A DNA stretch of 32,000 nt from Halorhodospira halophila SL1 (GTDB lineage: Bacteria > Pseudomonadota > Gammaproteobacteria > Nitrococcales > Halorhodospiraceae). Shown piece by piece: positions 18,159-26,360 of this stretch (its first letter is position 1; the number at the start of each line of letters is the position of its first letter). The stretch covers positions 1,980,001 through 2,012,000 of the forward strand of contig NC_008789.1 in assembly GCF_000015585.1 (NCBI RefSeq), given 5' to 3'. The notes below the pieces were generated by a model, which saw only the letters and a program-made list of their open reading frames with translations, had not been told where the DNA came from and did not search any database. Made by a program: the position numbers and the translations under genes.

Positions 18159-18188
18159 TTGGTTCCCCGCCCACCCTTCGGCTACAAT
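18159..18188 (+). promoter_or_regulatory. candidate sigma70 promoter for tRNA-Thr
   Basis: TTGGTT (18159-64), 18-nt spacer, TACAAT (18183-88), about 29 nt upstream of the mature tRNA 5' end. Confidence 0.4.
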
Positions 18189-18216
18189 TCGCGGCGTTAT
18201 CGACAAGGTACTCAGC

Positions 18217-18292
18217 GCCGGTGTAGCTCAGTTGGTAGAGCAGCCGATTCGTAATCGGCAGGTCGGTGGTTCAAGTCCACTCGCCGGCACCA
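18217..18292 (+). tRNA. tRNA-Thr (anticodon CGU)
   Basis: A 76-nt cloverleaf folded by hand. Acceptor GCCGGTG/CGCCGGC; D arm GCTC-AGTTGGTA-GAGC; anticodon arm GCCGA-TTCGTAA-TCGGC (anticodon CGT); variable loop AGGTC; T arm GGTGG-TTCAAGT-CCACT; discriminator A and encoded CCA. Confidence 0.97.
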
Positions 18293-18302
18293 TTCACACC
18301 GC

Positions 18303-18806
18303 ATGACCCACCATCACGTCTACTACGCCCACGGCAAGGGCACCGGCCCGCGGGGCCACAAGAGCAAGGCCCTCCTGCCCATCGCCGAGCAGGCGGGGTT
18401 CGCCGTGGAGAGCATCGACTTCACCGCCACCGAGGATCCGGATGAGCGGGTGGCCATGCTGTTGGAGCATCGCCCCCAGGCCACGGGGCGGCTGGTGCTG
18501 GTCGGCTCAAGCATGGGCGGCTACGTCATGGCCAACGCTGCCGACGAATTGGGCGCTGACGGCCTCTTCCTGCTTGCGCCGGCTATCGGCATCCCGGGGT
18601 ATCCGGCTTATCCGGCACCGACCACTCGCCACCAGGAGATTGTCCACGGCTGGCGCGATGCGCTGATCCCGCCCCCGTCGGTGGTGACGTATGCGGAGCG
18701 CCAGCGGGCCCGGCTGCACCTGCTCGATGCCGAGCATGACCTCAACGACCACCTGCCGACCCTACAGCGACTGTTTGCTGACTTCCTCCAGCGCGTGGCC
18801 GGCTGA
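18303..18806 (+). CDS. small alpha/beta-hydrolase (YqiA/UPF0227-like esterase)
   Basis: 167 aa. Nucleophile elbow LVGSSMGGY (GxSxG), a later HGWRDALIP (Asp) and LLDAEHDL (His), in the order expected of a Ser-Asp-His triad. There is no recognisable SD sequence, and the ATG is only 10 nt after the tRNA CCA end. Confidence 0.7.
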   Translation: MTHHHVYYAHGKGTGPRGHKSKALLPIAEQAGFAVESIDFTATEDPDERVAMLLEHRPQATGRLVLVGSSMGGYVMANAADELGADGLFLLAPAIGIPGYPAYPAPTTRHQEIVHGWRDALIPPPSVVTYAERQRARLHLLDAEHDLNDHLPTLQRLFADFLQRVAG

Positions 18807-18921
18807 GGGCACCGATGCCGTCGTGATCTGGGCACGTTGCGTCGCGCACAGCAGCGTGCCAACCTCCCAACATTGTGGGTCTTCCCATCAAAAAACCCTC
18901 CCCCAATAGCGGAGATCGTCC

Positions 18922-19281
18922 ATGAAACGCACTGGCATCCGAGGTCTCATCGTCCTGATTGGGCTCGCCCTGTCGCTGGGCACCATGGCGCCGACCACCG
19001 CCCTGGCCGGTGTCGTCGGCACCAGCGACGTCATCAGCGAACGTCAGGTGGCATCCGATCGCGATCGTGTGCAACAGGCACTGCAGCGTGACGACGTGCA
19101 GCAGGCACTCACCGATTACGGCGTCGATCCGGCCCAAGCCGAAGAGCGCGTGGCGGCCCTGAGCGACGAAGAGGCCCGGGAACTGGCCGAGCACATCGAA
19201 CAGCAACCGGCCGGAGCGGGGGTCTCCATCGGCGCCACCACCATCCTCCTACTGGTCATCATCTGGCTCCTGGTCCGCTGA
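18922..19281 (+). CDS. small secreted, C-terminally anchored protein resembling the 'PA2779 family' (function unknown)
   Basis: GGAGA RBS. Signal peptide MKRTGIRGLIVLIGLALSLGTMAPTTALA|G. The acidic helical middle has a duplicated D-(R/D)-VQQAL motif. The C-terminus is ...QQPAGAGVSIGATTILLLVIIWLLVR. The family name is recalled from NCBI family models and was not searched. Confidence 0.6.
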   Translation: MKRTGIRGLIVLIGLALSLGTMAPTTALAGVVGTSDVISERQVASDRDRVQQALQRDDVQQALTDYGVDPAQAEERVAALSDEEARELAEHIEQQPAGAGVSIGATTILLLVIIWLLVR

Positions 19282-19346
19282 ACCGCCGCCCGGGGGTACC
19301 CCCCGTCTCGCCGCCCAGCCGGCGGGCCGCCCTGCGGCCCGCCGCG

Positions 19347-20279
19347 GTGGTGGGGGTGCTGCTCGGCGCGGCGCTGGTCGGCTGTGCCGGACCGGCGCTG
19401 CAGCACCCGGAGGTGGTCGCCGAGGCGCAGGAGTCATCCACCCTCCCGCGGGCGACGGAGCTGCACGACGCTCCCTTCTTCCCAGACGAAACCTACTACT
19501 GCGGCCCTGCGGCACTGGCTACGATCCTGGTGGCTAGCGGCGTCCCGACCACCGCCAGCGAACTGGTGGATGCGGTCTACCTGCCGGAACGTCAGGGCTC
19601 ACTGCAGAACGAGCTCATGGCGGCGGCGCGGCGCGCCGATCGCGTCCCCTTTGAACTTTCGGCCGATTTCAGTGACCTGCTTCGGGAAGTCGCCGGCGGG
19701 CAGCCCGTGCTGGTCCTGCAGAACCTGGGGCTGGAGGTACTGCCGCGCTGGCATTACGCGGTGCTCGTGGGTTACGACCTAGACGCCGGGACGGTCACCC
19801 TGCGCTCCGGGACGGAACGCCGTGAGACCCTCTCGCTACGCCGCTTCGAACGCACCTGGCAGCGCGGCGAACACTGGGCCATCGTCGTACCAACCCCGGG
19901 CCACCTGCCCGCCAGCGCCATCCCCGGGGACTGGGTTGCGGCGGTGGCCGAGCTGGAGCGGCAGGAGCGCTGGTCGCCGGCCCTGAATGGATACCGGGCA
20001 GCGATCACGCGCTGGCCCGAACACGCTGACGCCTGGCTGGGGCTGGGCAATGTCCGCTATGCGCGCGGCGAGTACCGGGAGGCCGCCGACGCCTACCGCA
20101 AGGCGGGCGATCAAGAGGCCTCACTGGCTGCCGCACACCACAATCTGGCCTGGGCGCTGCTCCGTCTGGATCGACACGAAGAGGCACTGGAAGCGGCCCG
20201 CCGCAGTGAAGAGACCGCCCCCGATCACTCACAGTACGGCCAAGCTGTCGAACGCATCCGTGCGGAGATCGCCGAATAG
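19347..20279 (+). CDS. C39-like (papain-fold) cysteine peptidase with C-terminal TPR repeats, lipoprotein; resembles the 'PA2778 family'
   Basis: Lipobox LLGAALVG|C. Catalytic-type Cys in DETYYCGPAALATIL (tgc 19500-02) and His in PRWHYAVLVGYD, as in Peptidase_C39-like domains. TPR-like helices follow: WLGLGNVRYARGEYREAADAYRKAG...NLAWALLRLDRHEEALEAA. The true start is probably upstream (in-frame CTG at 19332 or at 19278), which supplies the basic n-region missing from the GTG-19347 start. Confidence 0.75.
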   Translation: MVGVLLGAALVGCAGPALQHPEVVAEAQESSTLPRATELHDAPFFPDETYYCGPAALATILVASGVPTTASELVDAVYLPERQGSLQNELMAAARRADRVPFELSADFSDLLREVAGGQPVLVLQNLGLEVLPRWHYAVLVGYDLDAGTVTLRSGTERRETLSLRRFERTWQRGEHWAIVVPTPGHLPASAIPGDWVAAVAELERQERWSPALNGYRAAITRWPEHADAWLGLGNVRYARGEYREAADAYRKAGDQEASLAAAHHNLAWALLRLDRHEEALEAARRSEETAPDHSQYGQAVERIRAEIAE

Positions 20280-20369
20280 CCCAGTTGGGGTGGGTCGCGA
20301 AGCGCGCGCTTGCTGGCTATCCTTCGGTGTGGGAACAGCGGATCCCCGCGAACCAGACAGGAGCCGCCC

Positions 20370-21389
20370 ATGCACCGGTATCGTCGGCCTACCCGCCCCT
20401 CCGGAAGCAGACACCGCGCCGGCTTCCTGATCCTAGCCGCGGCCCTCTGGCCGGTACTCCCCGCGGCGGCCGAGGAGCCCGAGGCACCGGCAGCGGAGAG
20501 CGCGGCCGGAGACATCGACCTGCTGACAGACCATCAGCGCGGGATCCTCGACGACGCCCTGACGCGCATCGAGGAGGCCGCCCTGCGGGACGACTCGGCC
20601 TTCCTCGACGAGGTCTCAGAGCTGCTGTCGACCTACCCGCGCCTAGCCGATCCCATCGCCCGGCACGCCATGGAGATGCGCCCGTCCCTGATGCCTGGGA
20701 TCATGGGCATCCTGGATGACCAGGCGCCCCCGGAGCCCAGCGAAGCCCCACCGAGCGCGGACCGACCGAGCTGGTGGCAGGGCGGAATCCCTGGGACGGA
20801 CCGGGAGGAAGCTCGTGAGGAACCGGCCGAGCAGCCCGAGGCGGTGCGCATTGCCGAGCGCGCCGAGGAGGAGGGCGCGCCCGCCCAGCGCAACTGGAGC
20901 GTGGGCGTTGGCTACGGCTATCAGCACCTCTCCGTACGCGAACGCCACGGCAGCGAGTCCACACGTCTGCGCGCCCACGGTCCGACGCTCGACCTCCAGT
21001 ACGCCGTCAGCGAGCACGCCTCGGTCGGGATCGCCCACCTGCACAGCGAGCAGCTGAGCACCAGCGGGAGCCACTTCAAGGAACACGACCCCGAGCGCTG
21101 GAGCGCCACCGACCTGACCGTCCGCTTCGGCCGCGAGTTCCGCGAGCGGGGACCGCGCGCCTATATGGGCGCGGGCCTGCATTACGAGCGCCTGGAGCGC
21201 GCGGACGGCGATACCCTCACCGGCACCGGCTTCCACCTGCTCGGCGGGGGCGGATACGCCTGGGAGCGGATCGAACTCCGCCTCGAAGCCTCGGCACGCA
21301 GTGTCGATCGCGACCTGGTGCCGGATGACTACCGCGGCAGCCGCTCGAGTTCTCTGCTGGCCTCAGCAACCCTGCGCGGGCGCTTCTAG
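20370..21389 (+). CDS. outer-membrane protein: acidic helical N-terminal domain plus C-terminal beta-barrel, function unknown
   Basis: AGGAG RBS before the ATG at 20370. Signal-like MHRYRRPTRPSGSRHRAGFLILAAALWPVLPAAA|EEP. The C-terminal ~165 aa show alternating strand patterns (NWSVGVGYGYQHLSV..., GFHLLGGGGYAW..., ...LLASATLRGRF) and end in Phe. Confidence 0.55.
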   Translation: MHRYRRPTRPSGSRHRAGFLILAAALWPVLPAAAEEPEAPAAESAAGDIDLLTDHQRGILDDALTRIEEAALRDDSAFLDEVSELLSTYPRLADPIARHAMEMRPSLMPGIMGILDDQAPPEPSEAPPSADRPSWWQGGIPGTDREEAREEPAEQPEAVRIAERAEEEGAPAQRNWSVGVGYGYQHLSVRERHGSESTRLRAHGPTLDLQYAVSEHASVGIAHLHSEQLSTSGSHFKEHDPERWSATDLTVRFGREFRERGPRAYMGAGLHYERLERADGDTLTGTGFHLLGGGGYAWERIELRLEASARSVDRDLVPDDYRGSRSSSLLASATLRGRF

Positions 21390-21406
21390 CAGAACCCTGG
21401 ACCCGT

Positions 21407-22417
21407 TCATTCCGTCCGGCCGGTCGCCAGATCGATGATCACCCCACGCAGCCCCTCCCTGAGATGGTCGGCGACCTGCTCCAGCGCGCGGCGCTCGGCC
21501 GTCGTGCGATCCGTGGCGGCGCCGCGCACCGACCAGCGGTGCTCACCGCGGGGCTCGCCGGCGCGGTCGAGCAGACGCAGCGTCAGCCCGCCACGCTGCC
21601 AGTACCAGCCATCGCGTTGCCCCAGGTCCTCTAACTCCAGCACGGCCTCCAGGCGATAGGCGTCCTCGCCGCCTCCCTCCACCACCTGGAACCCGGCGGC
21701 GACCACCGCGGCGCGGAGCGTCTGCGCCACCCGGTCGGGATGGGCTCCGCGCCCCTCGGTCCGGAACGGGATCGCCGCGGCCTCCGAAGCCAGTCGTGCC
21801 CGAAGTACCGCAGGCTCATAGCGCACGGCCATGCCAGCACCCGTCAGCACCCGCAGGGCCTGCTGGTATTCGGCGCGCTGGCGTTGCGCCTCGAGACCCC
21901 GCGCCAGCGCGGCAAGCGCATGCAGCGGATCCTCCGCTTCATCCGCCTGGCGCAGATCACGACTTGTCGCAGCGTCGAGCCCCGCCATGGCCTCGCGCAG
22001 GGCACTGGCCGCTCGCTGGCGGTCGAGGACCGCCAGGACGTGGTAGCGACCGCTCTCGGGCTCTCGCCACGTCTCGCCTATCTCGACGCCGCGCAGGGTC
22101 ACCTCGGTCCGAGTCGCGACCTGCTGGCCCAGGGTCGCCTGGTGCCGGGTCGCACCTGCACCGAACTCCAACCGATCCTCCTGCTGCGTGCGGGCCGCCA
22201 CGTGCACCTCGAAGGCCCGCGCCAACTCCGCCCGGGCCCGATCCTGGGCCGACTCACGGCTGTCGGCCGTCCCCACCGCGGTCAGGTAGCGGGCACGCGG
22301 AAACTCCGCCGGCTCAGCCCCTTCCACCCAGCCCGGCGGTTCCGCTGGCCGCGAACCGCCACCGGCGCAGCCGACCGCCAGGAGGACCCCTGCCAGGAAC
22401 AGGGCCAGACTTCTCAC
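21407..22417 (-). CDS. LPP20-like lipoprotein
   Basis: GTG start overlapping the upstream stop (GTGA). Lipobox LLAVG|CAGG. The RARYLTAVGTADSRESAQDRARAELARAFEVHV block is the typical LPP20-domain opening. Confidence 0.6.
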   Translation of the reverse strand: MRSLALFLAGVLLAVGCAGGGSRPAEPPGWVEGAEPAEFPRARYLTAVGTADSRESAQDRARAELARAFEVHVAARTQQEDRLEFGAGATRHQATLGQQVATRTEVTLRGVEIGETWREPESGRYHVLAVLDRQRAASALREAMAGLDAATSRDLRQADEAEDPLHALAALARGLEAQRQRAEYQQALRVLTGAGMAVRYEPAVLRARLASEAAAIPFRTEGRGAHPDRVAQTLRAAVVAAGFQVVEGGGEDAYRLEAVLELEDLGQRDGWYWQRGGLTLRLLDRAGEPRGEHRWSVRGAATDRTTAERRALEQVADHLREGLRGVIIDLATGRTE

Positions 22418-23739
22418 GGCTCCTCCCTGCGAGTTACGGAGCCAGCATGCGCCGAAACCCAGCGATCAAAGACAAAGTGGTACTCCCCGGCCTCAAGCTC
22501 CAGAGGCCCCAGATCCACCCGGGTCAGGGCGTGCCCGGAGCGCCCCTGATAGACCAGCTCGAGCCGGTGCTCACCGGGCGGCAGGCTGATCCGGGCCATG
22601 TAGTACTGCGCCGGCAGCATCCCCCAGGTCCGGGTATCTGCGCGGTCGGCGACCAGGGTAAAGATGTTCATAGCCAGGCCGGCTACCGGACTGGCTTCCC
22701 GGGCCTGATCGATCATCTCCTTCTGCACCAACAGCCGGCCCAGCGCCCGGGCAGCCAGCGCGGCCTGCTGCTCCTGGAGCAGGATACGGGCGACCGCATC
22801 GATATCGTGCACCGGCTCTGCCACGACCGAGGCCGCCTCGCTGCTGACCCGGATGCCCCCAACCGGCCGCTGCCGCGGCTCGTAATACGGCAGGGCCACG
22901 CTGTGGATGCGCCCCTGATGGTCCTGCACCGCGAACCCTTGTTCGCCCTTACGCGGCGCCAATCCGACCCCGGCGACGATCACCACATGGGCCTGCTCGC
23001 GATGCGCGGCCGGATCCGGCCAGGTGTCCTTCCCGAACGCCTCCTGCCACTCGGCCCGGTCGTCGTCGAGACCCAGTTCATCAGCCAGACGCAGCAGATC
23101 CCGGTGCAGCGCCTGGGGCACGGCGACGCCCAGGCGGCCGCCCTGCTCCCGGTACGCCTGGTAGGCCTGGCGATACGCCACCAGGGCCTGATCCGGCTCG
23201 CCGAGACGCTCGAAGATCAGCCCGCTGAGATACCGCGCGAAGGGGTCCTGCCGGTAGACGGACCGGCCCTGCTCGGCAGCCAGGCGCTGCAGACGCAGAT
23301 CCACCCGCAGGGCCTCCACCCGGGCGGCGTCGGGGTCACCCAGATCCAGATAATTGAAGGCCATGAGCAGATGGAGCAGCACCCGTTCGTGGGGCTCGCC
23401 GGCATAGGCAAAGACCGTCTCGCCCACCATCAGGCTTCCAACGCTCTCGGAGACACTCAGCGGGTCGACCTCGGCAATGGCGTCATAGGCCGCCTCCAGG
23501 GCACGATTGCTCGCCTCGAACTCGCCGGCCATGCGCAGCAGCGCGCCCCGGTTGAGCAGGTCCACCACCCGGTCCCCGGAGCCGCCGCTGCGCTCATCGA
23601 GGAGTTCCACTGCCCGGCGCGGGTCCCCCTCGTCGACCGCGGCCTCCACCGGGCCCATTCGGTCACCGTACGTCGTGCACCCGGCCAACGCGATGGCCAG
23701 CGCCACCGCCAGCCCGGACCAACGCAGTCCAGACCTCAC
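22414..23739 (-). CDS. TPR-like lipoprotein (COG3014-type), function unknown
   Basis: Preferred GTG at 23739, 13 nt after the lpoB-like stop, giving MRSGLRWSGLAVALAIALAG|CTTY (lipobox). The track start at 23805 overlaps the upstream gene by 53 nt. TPR-like helices are present (LNRGALLRMAGEFEASNRALEAAY; FARYLSGLIFERLGEPDQALVAYRQAYQAY). The COG assignment is from memory of similar neighbourhoods. Confidence 0.6.
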   Translation of the reverse strand: MRSGLRWSGLAVALAIALAGCTTYGDRMGPVEAAVDEGDPRRAVELLDERSGGSGDRVVDLLNRGALLRMAGEFEASNRALEAAYDAIAEVDPLSVSESVGSLMVGETVFAYAGEPHERVLLHLLMAFNYLDLGDPDAARVEALRVDLRLQRLAAEQGRSVYRQDPFARYLSGLIFERLGEPDQALVAYRQAYQAYREQGGRLGVAVPQALHRDLLRLADELGLDDDRAEWQEAFGKDTWPDPAAHREQAHVVIVAGVGLAPRKGEQGFAVQDHQGRIHSVALPYYEPRQRPVGGIRVSSEAASVVAEPVHDIDAVARILLQEQQAALAARALGRLLVQKEMIDQAREASPVAGLAMNIFTLVADRADTRTWGMLPAQYYMARISLPPGEHRLELVYQGRSGHALTRVDLGPLELEAGEYHFVFDRWVSAHAGSVTRREEP

Positions 23740-23752
23740 GCGGCCCCGCCGC

Positions 23753-24352
23753 TCAGGGCCGTGCCGAGGCCGAGCGCACGAGCTTGCGGATCTCCTTGTT
23801 GCCAATCCAGACCTTGCGGTTATCGGCCAGGCTGATCAGCTCCATGTCGACCTGGTAGTAACGGACCTGGCGCCGACCCTCCTGATCGATGATGGAGTTC
23901 ACCGAACCGAGCAGCATGTAATCCGCGCCCAGCTCCTCTCCCATGGCCTTGCGGGTCTCCTCGCTGGCGTGCAGATCCTGATCCCGGCGCTCCTCCCGGA
24001 TCCGCTCGCGCTGATCGGCGTCAGCGACGAAGTCCACCTGGCCGGAATTGATCAACTCCCGCTGGATATCGTTGACGAAGGTGCGGGTGTTGATGTGCTC
24101 GTGGCTGAGGTTGCGGACGTCGCCGACGATGACCGTCGGCCGAGCCCCCTCCTCGCGGCGAAAATCCCGCAGCCAGGGGCGATCCAGGGCGTCGGCGATC
24201 ATCTCTTCGGCAACCAGGCGCGAATCCTGGTCATTCCAACGCCCGGAGAGGTCGTATTCCTCGTCCCGGTCGATTCGCTCCACCGAGTGGCCGCAGCCCA
24301 CCAAAGCCACAACCACCAGCAGCACTAGGGCACCCCGAATCCACACCGTCAT
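23753..24352 (-). CDS. lpoB: LpoB-like lipoprotein (COG3417, penicillin-binding-protein activator family)
   Basis: ATG at 24352 with GAGAGGG upstream. MTVWIRGALVLLVVVALVG|CGHS lipobox. TVIVGDVRNLSHEHINTRTFVNDIQRELINSGQV...ELGADYMLLGSVNSI...YYQVDMELISLADNRKVW matches the COG3417 fold pattern. Confidence 0.7.
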   Translation of the reverse strand: MTVWIRGALVLLVVVALVGCGHSVERIDRDEEYDLSGRWNDQDSRLVAEEMIADALDRPWLRDFRREEGARPTVIVGDVRNLSHEHINTRTFVNDIQRELINSGQVDFVADADQRERIREERRDQDLHASEETRKAMGEELGADYMLLGSVNSIIDQEGRRQVRYYQVDMELISLADNRKVWIGNKEIRKLVRSASARP

Positions 24353-24455
24353 AGCCCTCTCGCTTTCCCGGGAAAACACCTTGCCGGGTCAGTATAACGC
24401 GCTGTGTAGCGCCCGGGGGTCGACGTCAGCGGGGCGTCCGTGCAGAATGCTGCAT

Positions 24456-24902
24456 ATGAAGAATTCTCTTCAGGAACAACTTGTTAGAGCAGGATTAGCG
24501 AGCCAGGAGAAGGTCCGCAATCAGCGCTCGGGGTCCCGTCCGGAGAGCCGCAGGCGGCCACGCCGGGATCGAGCCCCCCGCCGGGCGAAGGGGGCGTCGG
24601 CGCAGACACCACTGGAGGCTCGCATCCCGCTGCCCGACCTGATCCACCACTACGCGCTGCCGCGCTGGGGAGCGGATACGGCTTACCACTTCACCGAGGG
24701 CCAGCGGATCCGTCACGTCTGGGTCACCCGGCAACAACAACGGCAGCTGGCGGACGGCTACGCCGGTCTCGTCACCGCCGACGATGGCCTGAGGGTCGTA
24801 CCGCGGGCGGTCGCCGAGCAGGTCCGTCAACGCCGGCCCGCGGCCCTTCTGGTCCTCCACCCCCTCAAGGAGCGGGACGACGCACCGGCGCGACGCTCAT
24901 GA
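24456..24902 (+). CDS. DUF2058 (YaiL-like) family protein
   Basis: [16 protein letters not shown]... is the typical DUF2058 opening, followed by an Arg-rich tract and a conserved C-terminal half (...[15 protein letters not shown]...). An alternative ATG lies at 24447. The 5' two-thirds of the track ORF (24048-) is antisense to lpoB and is rejected. Confidence 0.7.
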   Translation: MKNSLQEQLVRAGLASQEKVRNQRSGSRPESRRRPRRDRAPRRAKGASAQTPLEARIPLPDLIHHYALPRWGADTAYHFTEGQRIRHVWVTRQQQRQLADGYAGLVTADDGLRVVPRAVAEQVRQRRPAALLVLHPLKERDDAPARRS

Positions 24903-25853
24903 CGTTGCCGGTGGTTGCCCGAGCTCCTTGGGCAACCCGAAGGTCACCGTCTCTGCCTTCCCCGAGCGCTCCTCCGGCGGCTCGCACCCCCAGGCGCGGA
25001 GCTGCTCGACCACCTCGATGACCGTGCTCTCCGGCGCCGAGGCCCCCGCCGTCACACCGATCGCCTGCCGGCCGTCGAGCCAGTCGCGGTCCAGATCGGC
25101 GGCGCCGTCGATCAGATACGCCTCGGTGCCGCAGCGCACGGCGAGTTCACGCAGGCGGTTGGAATTGGAGCTGTTGACCGATCCCACCACCAGCATCAAG
25201 TCCACTTCTTCGGCCAGGGCGCGCACGGCATCCTGGCGATTCTGCGTGGCGTAGCAGATATCGTCCTTACGCGGCCCCTGGATGGCAGGAAAACGCCGCT
25301 GCAGCGCCTCAACGATACCGGCGGCATCGTCCACCGACAGCGTGGTCTGGGTAACGAAGGCGAGATCGTCCGGACGCCGGACCTGCAGTGCCGCCGCCTC
25401 CTCCTGGTTCTGCACCAGATAGATGCCGCCCTGCCCCTCAGGGGCCAGATACTGGCCCATGGTGCCCTCCACCTCCGGGTGGCCGGCGTGACCGATCAGC
25501 ACCACTTCGCGACCGGCGCGGGCATGCCCGCGCACCTCCTTGTGGACCTTGGTCACCAGCGGGCAGGTGGCATCAAAGACCTGCAGCCCGCGGCGCTCGG
25601 CCTCGTCGGCGACCCATTGCGGCACGCCGTGGGCGCTGAAGATGACGGTGGCCCCGTCGGGCACCTCGTGCAGCTCCTCGACGAAGACCGCACCCCGCCC
25701 GCGCAGGTCATCCACCACAAAGCGATTGTGGACCACCTCGTGACGGACATAGACCGGAGACCCGTAGACCGCCAGGGCTCGATCGACAATGGCAATGGCG
25801 CGGTCCACGCCGGCACAGAAACCGCGAGGGTTGGCAAGGTGGATCTTGGGCAC
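24897..25853 (-). CDS. ispH: 4-hydroxy-3-methylbut-2-enyl diphosphate reductase
   Basis: GTG at 25853 with GGAGG 5 nt upstream gives [23 protein letters not shown]. Compare the E. coli IspH opening [19 protein letters not shown]. The ...[12 protein letters not shown]... and ...[13 protein letters not shown]... motifs are present. Confidence 0.95.
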   Translation of the reverse strand: MPKIHLANPRGFCAGVDRAIAIVDRALAVYGSPVYVRHEVVHNRFVVDDLRGRGAVFVEELHEVPDGATVIFSAHGVPQWVADEAERRGLQVFDATCPLVTKVHKEVRGHARAGREVVLIGHAGHPEVEGTMGQYLAPEGQGGIYLVQNQEEAAALQVRRPDDLAFVTQTTLSVDDAAGIVEALQRRFPAIQGPRKDDICYATQNRQDAVRALAEEVDLMLVVGSVNSSNSNRLRELAVRCGTEAYLIDGAADLDRDWLDGRQAIGVTAGASAPESTVIEVVEQLRAWGCEPPEERSGKAETVTFGLPKELGQPPATS

Positions 25854-25875
25854 GGGGACCTCCGTTCGCTCTTCC

Positions 25876-26349
25876 CTACAGGTTCGACCGATCAAAAAAG
25901 AGAAGGATCACGATCACGAGCCCTGCACCGACCGTGATGGCGATATCGGCGACGTTGAAGATCGGCCAGTGGAAACCGGCGTAGTGCAGGTGGATGAAGT
26001 CCACCACCTGCCCCAGCCGCAGGCGATCCACCAGGTTGCCCAGGGCCCCGGCGAGGATCAACGCCAGCCCTGCGGAGAGCCAGGGCTGCGACGCGCCGAT
26101 GCGCCGCAGCCAATAGGCCAGGTACACCCCGACCGCAGCGGCCACCCCGGCCAGGAGCCAGCGCTGCCAGCCGCCAGCGTCGCCCAGCAGGCTGAAGGCA
26201 GCCCCGGGATTGTAGCCCAGGGTCAGGCTGAGGACCGGCAGCAGCTCCACCGACTCGTAGGGCCGCAGCGCCGCCTGGGCCCAGACCTTGGTGGCCTGAT
26301 CCAGTGCCGCGATGGCGACAGCAAGCAGCATCCAGAGCCGGTAGCCCAT
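25876..26349 (-). CDS. lspA: lipoprotein signal peptidase II
   Basis: ATG at 26349 after GGGGGAGGG. ...LDQATKVWA..., ...[10 protein letters not shown]..., ...[10 protein letters not shown]... and ...[12 protein letters not shown]... are the conserved LspA blocks, including both catalytic Asp contexts. Confidence 0.93.
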   Translation of the reverse strand: MGYRLWMLLAVAIAALDQATKVWAQAALRPYESVELLPVLSLTLGYNPGAAFSLLGDAGGWQRWLLAGVAAAVGVYLAYWLRRIGASQPWLSAGLALILAGALGNLVDRLRLGQVVDFIHLHYAGFHWPIFNVADIAITVGAGLVIVILLFFDRSNL

Positions 26350-26360
26350 GCCCTCCCCCG

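Noticed and set aside
20308-20319. 12-nt perfect palindrome aagcgcgcgctt after the peptidase gene, considered as a terminator
   Set aside because: It has no loop and no U-tract, and alternating GC palindromes of this size are expected by chance in GC-rich DNA.
18217-24902. Possibility that the tRNA-Thr-proximal block (hydrolase to DUF2058) is an integrated genomic island
   Set aside because: No integrase, recombinase or transposase ORF was seen, and I found no direct repeat of the tRNA 3' end downstream. By eye, composition and codon style match the flanking core genes. The gene content is envelope lipoproteins rather than mobile-element cargo. A proper dinucleotide or GC-skew scan was not possible here.
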